Below, piece after piece: positions 28,433 through 38,548 of a stretch of DNA of 64,000 nt (within the stretch, counting starts at the first letter, position 1; every line of letters starts with the position of its first letter). The translations under genes and the position numbers were made by a program. The stretch is from Candidatus Methanoperedenaceae archaeon GB37 (GTDB lineage Archaea > Halobacteriota > Methanosarcinia > Methanosarcinales > EX4572-44). The notes under the pieces were generated by a model, which saw only the letters and a list, made by a program, of their open reading frames with translations, was not told where the DNA came from and did no database searches. The DNA is taken from NCBI GenBank assembly GCA_905171695.1, contig LR991653.1:1228957-1292956 (forward strand). The letters are read 5' to 3'.

Positions 28433-28828
28433 GACGTGTCCACTTAACATAGACGCCACCTCAACCGATTATAATAAAGCATAAATAGCTTACATAACAA
28501 ATTCCAGTTTTTAACAGGATTAAAAGAACTAATTGAGCAAAAAAATATCTTTATCCTATGTTTTAGTCTTACATGAAATCTTTTGGGTGGATTTCTCTTC
28601 AAACTTCCCTTTTTCCAAAGAGAGGTTTTAGAGACCGGATGAAGCCAGAGAGAGAATTCCGGCAGTCCTTCTCACAGAAGACATCTGAATACAGGTTGCA
28701 ACACCGGGAATCTTAACCGCAAAGGCACCTTACTCCTCTCAAACACCCTCAACTCTTCGACAATCTCCCTTACCTTCAGCATAAATAAAAAATAGTTTCC
28801 CGTATTTATAATCTGATGTGGACGGGTC
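28433..28828 (-). mobile_element. MITE (~396 bp): internally deleted derivative of the IS6-like element at 11968-13683
   Basis: Terminal inverted repeats gacgtgtccac / gtggacgggtc. Its reverse complement is collinear with both arms of the 12-13.7 kb element, with the transposase region missing. Confidence 0.7.
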
Positions 28829-28935
28829 TACCACCTTGAAGGTAACTTATTAATAGTTTGAAGTAGCTTTCTTGGGTCTACCGTAGTAGACCAGAGTTGG
28901 TCGATTGGATGATCTCACTACGGAGGGTTTCTTTA

Positions 28936-29577
28936 ATGGTATCGATGGAGATTGTTAACGCGGTGAGGAGGGCTCTGGAGGATTCGCCTCCGAGGGGTTT
29001 TGAAGAGTCTGTGGATCTGGCGATAAACCTCAGAGATGTGGATCTTACCCAGCCTCAGAACAGGATTGATGAAGAGGTACTCCTTCCGCATGGTAGAGGA
29101 CGGCCTGTGAAGGTTGCAGTTTTCGGGCGTGGTGATGTGGCGCAGAGGGCAAAGGATGCTGGTGCAGATTATGTCTTTGACGAGGAAGGGATAAAGGGTC
29201 TTGGAGAGGATCCTCACATAGCGCGCAACCTTGCAAACGAGGTTGACTTCTTCATATCGGAGACTGTTTATATGCCACTTATTGGAAGAATGCTTGGACG
29301 TGTGCTTGGACCTCGTGGAAAGATGCCTATGCCACTCACGCCTGATAAAGATGTTACAGAGCTTGTGAAACGTGCTCGTAGCGCGATCAGGGTGCGCTCG
29401 AAGGATCGGCCAACGTTTCATGTCTCGATAGGACGGCGGAAGATGGATCCTGTGCTGCTTGCAGAGAATGTGGAATCGGTGATAACACGGATCGAACAAC
29501 GGCTTGATCGTGGAAGACAGAACATACGCTCGGTCTATGTGAAGACGACGATGGGTCCCGCTGTGAAGGTGATGTGA
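28936..29577 (+). CDS. rpl1: 50S ribosomal protein L1
   Basis: 'FEESVDLAINLRDVD', 'LPHGRG', 'LGPRGKMP' and 'TMGPAVKV'. GGAGGG lies 8 nt upstream of the ATG at 28936. ATG 28945 is also possible; the tracked start at 28897 is unlikely. Confidence 0.9.
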   Translation: MVSMEIVNAVRRALEDSPPRGFEESVDLAINLRDVDLTQPQNRIDEEVLLPHGRGRPVKVAVFGRGDVAQRAKDAGADYVFDEEGIKGLGEDPHIARNLANEVDFFISETVYMPLIGRMLGRVLGPRGKMPMPLTPDKDVTELVKRARSAIRVRSKDRPTFHVSIGRRKMDPVLLAENVESVITRIEQRLDRGRQNIRSVYVKTTMGPAVKVM

Positions 29578-29578
29578 G

Positions 29579-30625
29579 ATGGTGGTTGAACACCGCAGTA
29601 ATGAAATACCCCGGTGGAAGAGGGATGAGGTGGAGGAGATAAAAGAGAAGATAGCCTCCTATCCGGTCGTGGGGATTGTTTCGATGGCTGACATACCTGC
29701 AAAACAGCTGCAGAAGATACGAAGAAGTCTTCGTGAAATTGCAGTACTCAAGATGTCGAGAAACACGCTCATAAAGCGAGCCATTGAAAATTCTGATGAT
29801 GAAAATATAATAAATCTTAAGGATTTTGTCTCTTTACAGACAGCTCTCATCTTCACAAAGGAAAATCCTTTCAAGCTCTATAGGATACTTGAAGATACCA
29901 AATCCCCTGCTCCGATCCGAGCCGGAGCGATCACACCAACCGATATCATAGTTGAAAAGGGACCCACATCATTCCCACCTGGACCGATCGTGGGCGAACT
30001 CCAGAACGCAGGGATACCTGCTGCAATCGAGAGTGGAAAGGTGGTGATCAGAGAGAGAAAGACCGTCGCAAAGGCAGGAGAAGCAGTACCAGCAGGTCTT
30101 GCGTCGATGCTCGCACGACTCGAGATATACCCACTCCTGATCGGACTTGACCTGCGAGCAGCATACGAAGACGGTCTCATATTCAAGCCAGAAGAACTTA
30201 AAATCGATGAAAAAGCATACGCAGAGAGGTTCGCAGAGGCGGAAGAGTCAGCCTTCAACCTATCGGTAAATATAGCATACCCGACAAGAAGAACGATCGC
30301 CACAATCCTCAATATAGCAGCAGAATCGGCGAGGAACCTCGCGATAAACGCCTGTATCATAACACCAGAGACGGTGGGAAGACTCCTCGGAGTTGCACAC
30401 CAAGAGATGCTCTCACTCGCATCCGAGTTACTGAAGAGGGATGAAAGCTCTCTTGGCAGTGAACTAAAAGATGCACTCACAACAGTTCCCACTGGAGGAC
30501 GTGGGGCAACCGATGTGAGAGAAGCAGAGAGAGAAGAAGCGGAAGAAGAGACCGAAAAAGAGAAGAAAGAAGAGGAAGAAGGCGAAGAGAGCGGTATGGA
30601 AGGACTCGGCGCACTATTCGGCTAA
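29579..30625 (+). CDS. rpl10: 50S ribosomal stalk protein L10 (P0)
   Basis: 'IPRWKRDEVEEIKEKI' and the acidic tail ending 'GLGALFG'. Confidence 0.9.
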   Translation: MVVEHRSNEIPRWKRDEVEEIKEKIASYPVVGIVSMADIPAKQLQKIRRSLREIAVLKMSRNTLIKRAIENSDDENIINLKDFVSLQTALIFTKENPFKLYRILEDTKSPAPIRAGAITPTDIIVEKGPTSFPPGPIVGELQNAGIPAAIESGKVVIRERKTVAKAGEAVPAGLASMLARLEIYPLLIGLDLRAAYEDGLIFKPEELKIDEKAYAERFAEAEESAFNLSVNIAYPTRRTIATILNIAAESARNLAINACIITPETVGRLLGVAHQEMLSLASELLKRDESSLGSELKDALTTVPTGGRGATDVREAEREEAEEETEKEKKEEEEGEESGMEGLGALFG

Positions 30626-30681
30626 CAATAATCAGAACAAGGAGATTATATGACTTTAACGGAAAAAATAGGTGAGTAAGA

Positions 30682-31002
30682 ATGGAATATGTATATGCAG
30701 CGCTCTTATTGCACAAAGCAGGAAAAGAGATAACGGAAGATGCGATCGGCGCAATCATAAGTGCCGCAGGAATGGATGTTGACAGCGTGCGCGCAAAAGC
30801 ACTCGTGGCAGCACTCGACGGCGTGGATATCGAGGAAGCGATCTCAAAGACTGCTATCGCAGCACCGGTCGCAGCCACACCACCACCTGAAGCTGCGCCT
30901 GAAGAGGCACCTCTTGAGGCAGAAGAAGAGAAGAAAGAAGAGGAGAAAAAGGAAGAAGAGGAAGAGAGCGGGGTAGAAGGACTCGGCGCACTATTCGGAT
31001 AA
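30682..31002 (+). CDS. rpl12: 50S ribosomal stalk protein L12 (P1)
   Basis: '[19 protein letters not shown]' and a tail '[25 protein letters not shown]'. Confidence 0.9.
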   Translation: MEYVYAALLLHKAGKEITEDAIGAIISAAGMDVDSVRAKALVAALDGVDIEEAISKTAIAAPVAATPPPEAAPEEAPLEAEEEKKEEEKKEEEEESGVEGLGALFG

Positions 31003-31132
31003 AAAGAGAGACCGCTGTACCAAAAACGATAACAGTCCCTCCACTCCTCTACTGAGGCACTGAGGTAGTCTCACAACCGAGTTCAATGGCGCTGAACCGA
31101 TGCTGTGAACTGATGCTGATCTCTCTCAGGCG

Positions 31133-32125
31133 ATGAGGCTTGATGCTCTTGTAGTCTCTCTCAGGGATGGGGAGGTTGCGCGGAGACGGCTGATCGAACT
31201 CGACCTCTTACATCGGGGTGTGAAGGTAAAGCGTGACGAGAAGCACCTCTATCTTCCGCTGAGATCTCTACCACAGGATAGCTCGTCTCTACCAGATCAC
31301 AGGATAGAGTCCATAGAGTTCGAGGAGGTCTCGAGGGTTGAGAGTGTTAAGGAGATCCTTGGATATGCACCCTCCTTTGACGTGATCGGTGATATTGCGA
31401 TACTCGGTGCCTCATCAGAGGATCCGCTGGCTGAGGCAGATGCCATACTCAGGTCACATAAGCATATCCGCGCAATCTTCCAGGCAAGAACGCCCATCAG
31501 AGGCGAGTTCAGAACCCGGGGTCTGACCCATCTACGGGGAGAGAAGAGGACCACAACCACGTATCGCGAGCATGGACTCTCATATCGACTTGACGTGAGC
31601 GAGGTCTACTTCACACCGAGACTTGGAACCGAGAGGGAGAGAGTGGCAGAGAGGATAAAGAGTGGTGTGGTTCTGGACATCTTTGCAGGGATTGGACCGT
31701 TCAGCATCCTGATAGGAAAGAGACACCCTGAAGTGAAGGTCATCGCAGTGGAGAAGAACAGGTCTGCAGTCCGGTACCTGAAAGAGAACATCAGAGCGAA
31801 CAATATAGAGAACGTTCACCCGGTCCTTGGAGATTCGATGATGCTTCCCGCAACGGGTGATAGTGCCGATAATGTGATCATGAATCTGCCGCATGACGCA
31901 GAGAAGTTTCTCGGCGAGGCCTTGAGAGTGATACGGAGTGGTGGCATCATCTACTACTATGATATCACTCCAGAGGACAATCTGTACCAGGAAAGCATTG
32001 AAGCGATCCAAGAGGCAGCAGTCGATGCTGGGTTCAGGGTGGAGGTATTGAGAGAGCGTGTGGTCCGATCGTACTCACCACGCCACTACAACACCTGCAT
32101 AGAGGCACGGGTGCATAAAACCTGA
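31133..32125 (+). CDS. trm5: tRNA methyltransferase of the Trm5/TYW2 (Met-10) family
   Basis: 'YFTPRLGTERERV', the SAM motif 'VLDIFAGIGPFSI' and 'NLPH'. Confidence 0.7.
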   Translation: MRLDALVVSLRDGEVARRRLIELDLLHRGVKVKRDEKHLYLPLRSLPQDSSSLPDHRIESIEFEEVSRVESVKEILGYAPSFDVIGDIAILGASSEDPLAEADAILRSHKHIRAIFQARTPIRGEFRTRGLTHLRGEKRTTTTYREHGLSYRLDVSEVYFTPRLGTERERVAERIKSGVVLDIFAGIGPFSILIGKRHPEVKVIAVEKNRSAVRYLKENIRANNIENVHPVLGDSMMLPATGDSADNVIMNLPHDAEKFLGEALRVIRSGGIIYYYDITPEDNLYQESIEAIQEAAVDAGFRVEVLRERVVRSYSPRHYNTCIEARVHKT

Positions 32126-32139
32126 GAAAGAGAGGCGTC

Positions 32140-32814
32140 TCACTCTTCGATTACGTACTCAAAGACGAGCTCTGCTGCGATAAAGAATATGATATCATAG
32201 GCAGCAAGCAACTGCAACTCTCCCATGATCGATGCAAACCCGTCTCCACCCAGTATCTTCGATGTTGCCGTGACCGATGAGAGGATCACAGGCGTTATCA
32301 CAGGGAATATGATCACAGGCAGGAGTATCTCCCGTGTACGAGTATTCACCGTGAGAGCTGAGAGAAGTGTGCCAACAAAGACAAAACCGAGCGTTCCAAG
32401 GAGCATCACCAGCGCAAGAGATGGTAGCTCACTGATGGTATAATTGAAGAGAACGATGAACAATGGCACTGTTACAAGCTCAACCATGAAGATCAGAACC
32501 GCGCTGGAGACCACCTTGCCAGTGAAGATACTCGTTCTCTCAACAGGACAGAGCCTCAACCCCTCAAGACATCCCTCCTCACTCTCACCAGAAAAGGACC
32601 TCCCCAGCCCGAGCATACCTGTGAAGATGAACGAGATCCAGAGAACGCCAGGCGCAACAAGTGTGATCAGATCATGATCGCCAAGAACCTCGTTGAACGC
32701 AAAACTGAAGACGATCATAACCAGCAGAGTGAAGACAATCATCGAGTTCAGCATCTCTTTCGTGCGAAACTCTGCCTTAAGATCCTTCCACGCGATATAA
32801 AATGCGTGCTTCAC
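32140..32814 (-). CDS. ccmB: Heme exporter permease CcmB (cytochrome c maturation)
   Basis: Six-TM protein starting 'AWKDLKAEFRTKEMLNSMIVF'. Overlaps the upstream ATPase gene by 4 nt. Confidence 0.7.
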   Translation of the reverse strand: MKHAFYIAWKDLKAEFRTKEMLNSMIVFTLLVMIVFSFAFNEVLGDHDLITLVAPGVLWISFIFTGMLGLGRSFSGESEEGCLEGLRLCPVERTSIFTGKVVSSAVLIFMVELVTVPLFIVLFNYTISELPSLALVMLLGTLGFVFVGTLLSALTVNTRTREILLPVIIFPVITPVILSSVTATSKILGGDGFASIMGELQLLAAYDIIFFIAAELVFEYVIEE

Positions 32815-33524
32815 GAACGATCACCAACCAGCTCTTCATAGATGGCACGATACTCCTCAACACTCCCGATCTCACTCCGTCTCACATCATGCACAAACCC
32901 CCCATCCTTCATTATGAGAAGACGATCAGAGAACCTGAGCCCATGCTCAATATCATGCGAGACCATGATCCTCGTAACACCTCTCGAGTCAAACTCCTGA
33001 ATAATCCTGTCAAGGATACTGGATGCATGAAGGTCAAGCCCAGTATACGGCTCATCCAATAGGAGAATCTTCGGCTCGTGAAGAATTGCACGTGCAATCG
33101 AGAGTCGCTGCTTCATCCCACGCGAGAACGTGGCAACCCGATCATCCTTATAATACTCCAGCCCCACCAGGCGTATGACCTCACGAACACGCTCTGCACG
33201 ATTGGAAAGATCATACATCCGCGCATAGAAAACAAGGTTCTCCACCGCAGTGAGATCACGATAGAGATACGTATCATGCGATATGACACCAATGCGACGA
33301 CGCACCTCAACAGGACTCTTCCGCACATCAAAACCGTCAACCACCACACTACCACTCGTCGAAGAAAGAAGCGTTGAAAGAATCTTCAAAAGTGTCGTCT
33401 TACCCGCACCATTCGGACCAAAGATCGTGAGCAACTCACCCTCAACAACCTCGAGACTCAGATCCACAATAACCTGAGAGGGACCAAAAGACTTGTTCAA
33501 GTGCTCAATCGAGATAAGTGTCAT
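32811..33524 (-). CDS. ccmA: ABC ATPase CcmA-like (heme export)
   Basis: Walker A 'GPNGAGKTT', signature 'FSRGMKQRL', Walker B 'LLLDEP'. Start taken at MTLISIEHL (33524). Confidence 0.7.
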   Translation of the reverse strand: MTLISIEHLNKSFGPSQVIVDLSLEVVEGELLTIFGPNGAGKTTLLKILSTLLSSTSGSVVVDGFDVRKSPVEVRRRIGVISHDTYLYRDLTAVENLVFYARMYDLSNRAERVREVIRLVGLEYYKDDRVATFSRGMKQRLSIARAILHEPKILLLDEPYTGLDLHASSILDRIIQEFDSRGVTRIMVSHDIEHGLRFSDRLLIMKDGGFVHDVRRSEIGSVEEYRAIYEELVGDRS

Positions 33525-34324
33525 CACAGCAGAAGTAACGAGACAAAGATATATAAGAATAAGCCGTGTACAGCGGAACTGGGACATAGTTACTTCACTC
33601 TGGCTGCTATCAGACTCTGGCACAATGTCTTTGCAACCAGGGTGAAGTAACTATGTCTTAATTCCGGGAGGGTTTAAATAAATATGAATAAACCTGTTGC
33701 AGTACGTATTCAATGGCCTCTGCATGGTTGTTGTGCTGGTGCTTGGCAGAGGAGAACAACACAACCACGGATGGAGACGAGACAAATCTCACAGAAACGC
33801 CCGCTCTGCCACCGGAGACCGAGAGTGATGGTGACTTCAGAGCCGACCAGCGAGCAGTGAGGATGAGACAAAAGACGTGTCACCACCATCAACCATCTTC
33901 TCGGTAGTCGCAATCGCTTTCGTTGCACTGATATTTGAAATCGATAAGAAAGTAAAGTTACAGGAAGGGATGTCTTGGATGATATCTCCTGGATAGATCT
34001 TCTGAAGGCTGAAAACTCCTAGGTTGAGAAGAGAGCTCCCTGATAGAGTTTATACCTGCATATTTATACTTGCATACTGGATATTCTTGGATGGGAGAGG
34101 GTCTCTGGAGGAATACCTAATTGTCGTTTTAACGCCAGATGCTTATCTCTCCATCTCGAACTCTGAGTAACCACCAGATTTTTATGTAAAAATGATGATT
34201 ATGAGCATAATAATGAAAAATGTTCTGTTGGCATGCGATTCTACCCCGCAAGCAGAGAGATACACCCCCAAAGAAGACGAGATAGCGGGATTTGAGAAGT
34301 GACGTGCGTAAATTTTGATGAATG

Positions 34325-35152
34325 TTATATATAACGTCTGATCCATATTAGTGTGAATAATAAACCGCCTATTGAAGAAAATAGAGGTTTCGAAAGTGTG
34401 TTGTGTGTATGGAGATAAGATGTCTGAATCGTTCCATTGTTATATATTCCCTTTATTGACACACAGTCCCCTGTTTTAAGTTTTTTTTCAGTTAGTATTT
34501 CAAAATATTTTCCATATATTGTGATGTAAGGTCTATTATCAATAACTACAACAGGGAGGTTAAACAGATCTACTGCAACGTCATTCTTAAAATTGGAATC
34601 TTGAACAAATTTAGAGTATCCAGTATTATCATTTACAAAATTTTCTGTTGACAATGGTATGGTGAAAGCCAATAAAAGCAGTATAAGTGCTATGGTCATA
34701 TTATTTTTATTTGTAAAACCAAAAAAAATTGTTGCTTTTTCATGATTGTATCTAATTAGGTATATTATAAGTATCAAGATAGATAATGCTGATAGACCAA
34801 CTCCCATAAAATCTTCCTGCCAAAATAACCCATAGGATAATTGATCGTAAGTTAGAGGATACAATAATAACTGTCTATGTCCTTTTTGTAGTAAATCTAA
34901 TGTTATATGGCTCATTGCACCAATGGCAAGAAGAGAGAATGATTTTTTAGGCTGGCTGCTTACGCTAGCGATGCTGGAAGAGAGTAGTAATGCAATGAAA
35001 GGTGTGTGAAGTGACAGAAAATATGGGTATGTTGTCATTGGATCTACATCAAAAATACTAACCAGATACATACCAACCCACGCAACATCCGGTAATAAAC
35101 CTCCAAGCAGAACCAGATGCTTATCATTTGCCTTAATGGTTATTGCGATCAA
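34325..35152 (-). CDS. Membrane protein, possibly a membrane-bound metal-dependent hydrolase (DUF457-like) with an extra C-terminal domain
   Basis: TM helices carrying His/Asp ('LHTPF', 'MSHITLDLL'). TTG start. The in-frame upstream sequence IPDWAVHLAIAL has no start codon, so the N-terminus is uncertain. Confidence 0.35.
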   Translation of the reverse strand: MIAITIKANDKHLVLLGGLLPDVAWVGMYLVSIFDVDPMTTYPYFLSLHTPFIALLLSSSIASVSSQPKKSFSLLAIGAMSHITLDLLQKGHRQLLLYPLTYDQLSYGLFWQEDFMGVGLSALSILILIIYLIRYNHEKATIFFGFTNKNNMTIALILLLLAFTIPLSTENFVNDNTGYSKFVQDSNFKNDVAVDLFNLPVVVIDNRPYITIYGKYFEILTEKKLKTGDCVSIKGIYNNGTIQTSYLHTHNTLSKPLFSSIGGLLFTLIWIRRYI

Positions 35153-35448
35153 TAATGCTATAGCAAGATGAACGGCCCAATCTGGAATTTAGATCACCTT
35201 CTCACCGGGGTTGTAAAGTTATTGGGTGTTGGCGTTGTTTCGGCCTGGTTATGTATTTAAGTCTCATGTCTGCTTTTCTGGGTCTGGACACACGAAAGAA
35301 CTCAGAGTTTTGGCATAACACCCAACAAGTTGACAGTCCCTTCTCACCGAAAACTATAAAGAGTAGATATCTCATAATAATCATAATAGTGTAATGTCTG
35401 TAAGGTTTTGCAGTCCTTATAAATGTTTGCATTGGAGAGGAAAAAATA

Positions 35449-36477
35449 ATGAGAATATTAGTAACAGGTGGTTGTGGATTTATCGGATCACATGTTTGTG
35501 AATATTACATAAACAAAGGTGCACAAGTTATAGCTTTCGACAATATGACAAAACACGAATTATCCAGAACTGGATATTCAGCAGATGCTGCCAGAGATTA
35601 TACCATTAATTTCTTGAAAAAAAGTGGAGTTGATTTTTTCGAAGGAGATATTTGCAATTCAGATGAATTAAATAAAGCTGCCAGAGATTGCGATTATATT
35701 GTCCATACTGCGGCGCAGCCAGCAATGACGATCAGTATTGAAGCTCCAAATTTAGATTTTAATACAAATCTTGTCGGAACATTCAATGTTTTAGAAACTG
35801 CAAGAAAATTCGATATACCCATTGTCTCCTGTGCCACTATTCATGTATATGGTAATAAAATAAATGAAACATTAAAAGAAGCTGATACCAGATATATCCG
35901 AAATCCTCCCACCATAAATGAAGATCATCCAACGGCAGAAGGAATTATCACACCGCTCCATGCATCAAAAAGTTGCGGAGATTTATACATAAAAGCTTAT
36001 GTTGATACCTATGGCTTAGAAGCTGCAAGCTATCGTTTGACAGGGTTATACGGTCCTCGCCAGTTTGGAGGAGAAGATCACGGATGGGTAGCCAATTTCA
36101 CAATCCGCAATTTATTAGAAAAACCCATTACCATCTATGGTACTGGAAAACAAGTCAGAGACATATTATTCGCTTCAGACGTAGTAGAAGCATTTCATGC
36201 ATTTTACAAGGCAAGAAAACCTGGAATATATAATATAGGAGGTGGGATAGATCACTCAATCTCATTAATAGAATGCATACAAACCATAGAGAAAATCACA
36301 GGAAAGAAATCAAATATTCAATATTCCGAGGGACGGCTGGGCGACTTGCTTTACTTCGTTTGTGACACAACAAAAGCGGAGGAAAATCTCGGATGGAAAC
36401 CAAAAACACCCCCAGAAAAAGGCATCTCTCTACTTGCCGCCTGGGTTAAAGATAACATAACGTTGTTTCGAGGATGA
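35449..36477 (+). CDS. NAD-dependent nucleotide-sugar epimerase/dehydratase (extended SDR)
   Basis: 'ILVTGGCGFIGSH' and the catalytic 'SKSCGDLYIKAY' (S...YxxxK). Confidence 0.85.
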   Translation: MRILVTGGCGFIGSHVCEYYINKGAQVIAFDNMTKHELSRTGYSADAARDYTINFLKKSGVDFFEGDICNSDELNKAARDCDYIVHTAAQPAMTISIEAPNLDFNTNLVGTFNVLETARKFDIPIVSCATIHVYGNKINETLKEADTRYIRNPPTINEDHPTAEGIITPLHASKSCGDLYIKAYVDTYGLEAASYRLTGLYGPRQFGGEDHGWVANFTIRNLLEKPITIYGTGKQVRDILFASDVVEAFHAFYKARKPGIYNIGGGIDHSISLIECIQTIEKITGKKSNIQYSEGRLGDLLYFVCDTTKAEENLGWKPKTPPEKGISLLAAWVKDNITLFRG

Positions 36478-36484
36478 AAATATT

Positions 36485-37270
36485 ATGAAGGCGTTAATTC
36501 TTGCTGGCGGAAGGGGAAAACGACTTGAAGGGGTATCACAAGCCATTAACAAGTGCATGTTGAATCTGGGAGGAAAACCTATAATTGAACACAACCTCGA
36601 TAATGCTGTCAACGCAGGCGTTGATGAAATAGTAATTGTTGTCGGCTATAAAGCTGAAGATGTCATAAACAGATACGGCATTAACTACCGCGGAAAAACA
36701 ATAAAATACGTCATTCAACAGGAACAAAAAGGACTTGTTCATGCCATCGAATGCGCTGCAGATGCATTAGATGGTGAAGACTTTTTCCTCATGCTGGGAG
36801 ATGAACTTCTAATAAATCCAAAACATCACCCTATGATAGATTTATTTAGAAGTGATGGTTTGTTTGGAGTATGCGGAGTGTTTGTTCAGAAGAACAGGGC
36901 TTTAATAAGCAAAACCTACACACTCGTGGAAGATGGAGAACACAGAATATACAGGCTTATAGAAAAACCAAGAAAAGCGCTAAACGACTTAATGGGAACA
37001 GGAAATTGCATATTTAAAAATGAAATATTGTCATACATCGGTCGCACACCTATAAATCAAGAACGTGGTGAAAAAGAGCTTCCAGATCTGATCCAATGTG
37101 CAATCGACGAGGGAAATGTTGTTAAATCGTGTTTAATATGTGACAATTATTTTAACGTAAATTCAGACGATGATCTGAGAGAAGCTGAAAATTGCCTTAA
37201 TTATAGAACACCACGGATTAAGTTAAGTCTATCAAAGGGAGAAAAATATGGTAAAAATAAGAGAAGGTAG
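36485..37270 (+). CDS. Sugar-phosphate nucleotidyltransferase
   Basis: 'ALILAGGRGKRL' and 'LGDELL', a GT-A-like NTP-transferase fold pattern. Confidence 0.8.
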   Translation: MKALILAGGRGKRLEGVSQAINKCMLNLGGKPIIEHNLDNAVNAGVDEIVIVVGYKAEDVINRYGINYRGKTIKYVIQQEQKGLVHAIECAADALDGEDFFLMLGDELLINPKHHPMIDLFRSDGLFGVCGVFVQKNRALISKTYTLVEDGEHRIYRLIEKPRKALNDLMGTGNCIFKNEILSYIGRTPINQERGEKELPDLIQCAIDEGNVVKSCLICDNYFNVNSDDDLREAENCLNYRTPRIKLSLSKGEKYGKNKRR

Positions 37271-38531
37271 CTTAATGAACAAAATTACTGATTCAATCCT
37301 TCCAGCGGACCACGCTATCTCTGCAGAAATGCTTGGAATCCGTGGATTGGTTTCTATGATACTGAAAGCTGGGTGGAGATATCGGCGAACGGTATGGTAT
37401 TTATTAAAAAAGAGGGGGATTAAAGCGGTGTATAATTTTTTTTATACTAAAATTTTTGTGCCAACTGGTGAGGGCAGTGGAGAATTAGCATACTACTTTA
37501 TAGGCCCTCTAATTCGCCGTTTTCCCCGTCTTGCACCCTATCCGTCATATATCGAAATAGAGATCACAACAAGATGCAACAAAAAATGCATAATGTGTGA
37601 ACACACATATTGGAAAGAATCAATCGATAACATATCGTATGAGGAGTTTATACAACTTGCAGACCAATTCCCTAACTTAAGATGGATAAATCTCACTGGT
37701 GAAGGTGAGCCGTTTTTAAACAAAGACTTCCTAAATATATTAGAGTATCTAACAGAGAAAGAGGTAATGGTTTATTTTGGGGATAGCTTTGATTTAATTG
37801 ATGAGACTGTCGCCAAGAAATTAGTTGATTTAGATATAGCTGGTATTTATGTTTCAATGGATGCTGCAACAAAGGAGACTTATGAGAAAATTAAGGTTGG
37901 TTGCAATTTCGAAAGATCTGTGAAAAATATCAAAAGACTTGTTGAGTTAAAGAAAGCAAAAGGCTCTCCTTTACCAGAACTGTGCTTTAGATATATAATC
38001 ACAACTTTAAATTACCATGAAATTCCAAAATTTGTTGAACTTGTACGAACTTTTGGCAATATGCATGAGCTCGGAGATGGGAGCAAAATTCACTTCATTG
38101 GATTATTGGTGTTTCCTGAAATCCGACAATACTACTTACCAGATATTCCAGAAAAAATTCAGAGAGAGGCCATAAAGAAAAAGGAAGAAATTGAAGATGG
38201 TGTCGAGGTCATATTCTCACATACAGAACCAAAAAGGTACCCCTCTATTAATCGCTGCTTAGCTTGGATGGAACCATATATAATGATGAAAGGTTATGTG
38301 TTGCCTTGTTGCGCTGTAATGATGTCTAATAACCGTGACTTCCTCAGAGAACACAGTTTTGGTAACCTGTTTGAAAAACCATTTAAAGAGATATGGAACT
38401 CTGAAAGATACCGAAAGTTCAGAGAGACAGTAAATAAACCTGATGCTAAAGTGCCCTTGCTCTGTAAAGGATGCAGAGCATACGATACTAAAGAAAGGGA
38501 AGAGAAATATGGGGTAGATATAGAACTATAA
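37248..38531 (+). CDS. Radical SAM enzyme with C-terminal SPASM-like Cys cluster
   Basis: 'IEITTRCNKKCIMCEH' (CxxxCxxC). C-terminal 'CLAWMEPYIMMKGYVLPCCAV' and 'LCKGCRAY'. Start may be 37275 (MNKITDS), just past the upstream stop. Confidence 0.75.
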   Translation: MVKIREGSLMNKITDSILPADHAISAEMLGIRGLVSMILKAGWRYRRTVWYLLKKRGIKAVYNFFYTKIFVPTGEGSGELAYYFIGPLIRRFPRLAPYPSYIEIEITTRCNKKCIMCEHTYWKESIDNISYEEFIQLADQFPNLRWINLTGEGEPFLNKDFLNILEYLTEKEVMVYFGDSFDLIDETVAKKLVDLDIAGIYVSMDAATKETYEKIKVGCNFERSVKNIKRLVELKKAKGSPLPELCFRYIITTLNYHEIPKFVELVRTFGNMHELGDGSKIHFIGLLVFPEIRQYYLPDIPEKIQREAIKKKEEIEDGVEVIFSHTEPKRYPSINRCLAWMEPYIMMKGYVLPCCAVMMSNNRDFLREHSFGNLFEKPFKEIWNSERYRKFRETVNKPDAKVPLLCKGCRAYDTKEREEKYGVDIEL

Positions 38532-38548
38532 ACCACCGGGGGCGCCTC

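Noticed and set aside
30599-30998. Identical 23-nt block gaaggactcggcgcactattcgg at 30599-30621 and 30976-30998
   Set aside because: It encodes the shared C-terminal peptide (E)GLGALFG of stalk proteins P0 and P1. This is expected conservation and not a mobile or regulatory repeat.
33684-33995. Possible small secreted protein in the ccmA-upstream gap. It has a hydrophobic start (LCMVVVLVLG), an acidic Thr/Asp/Glu-rich stretch (AEENNTTTDGDETNLTETPALPPETESDGDF) and a C-terminal TM-like tail (PPSTIFSVVAIAFVALIFEIDKK).
   Set aside because: The three pieces lie in different reading frames, so two frameshifts would be needed to join them. At best it is a decayed remnant of a surface-protein C-terminus and not a supported gene.
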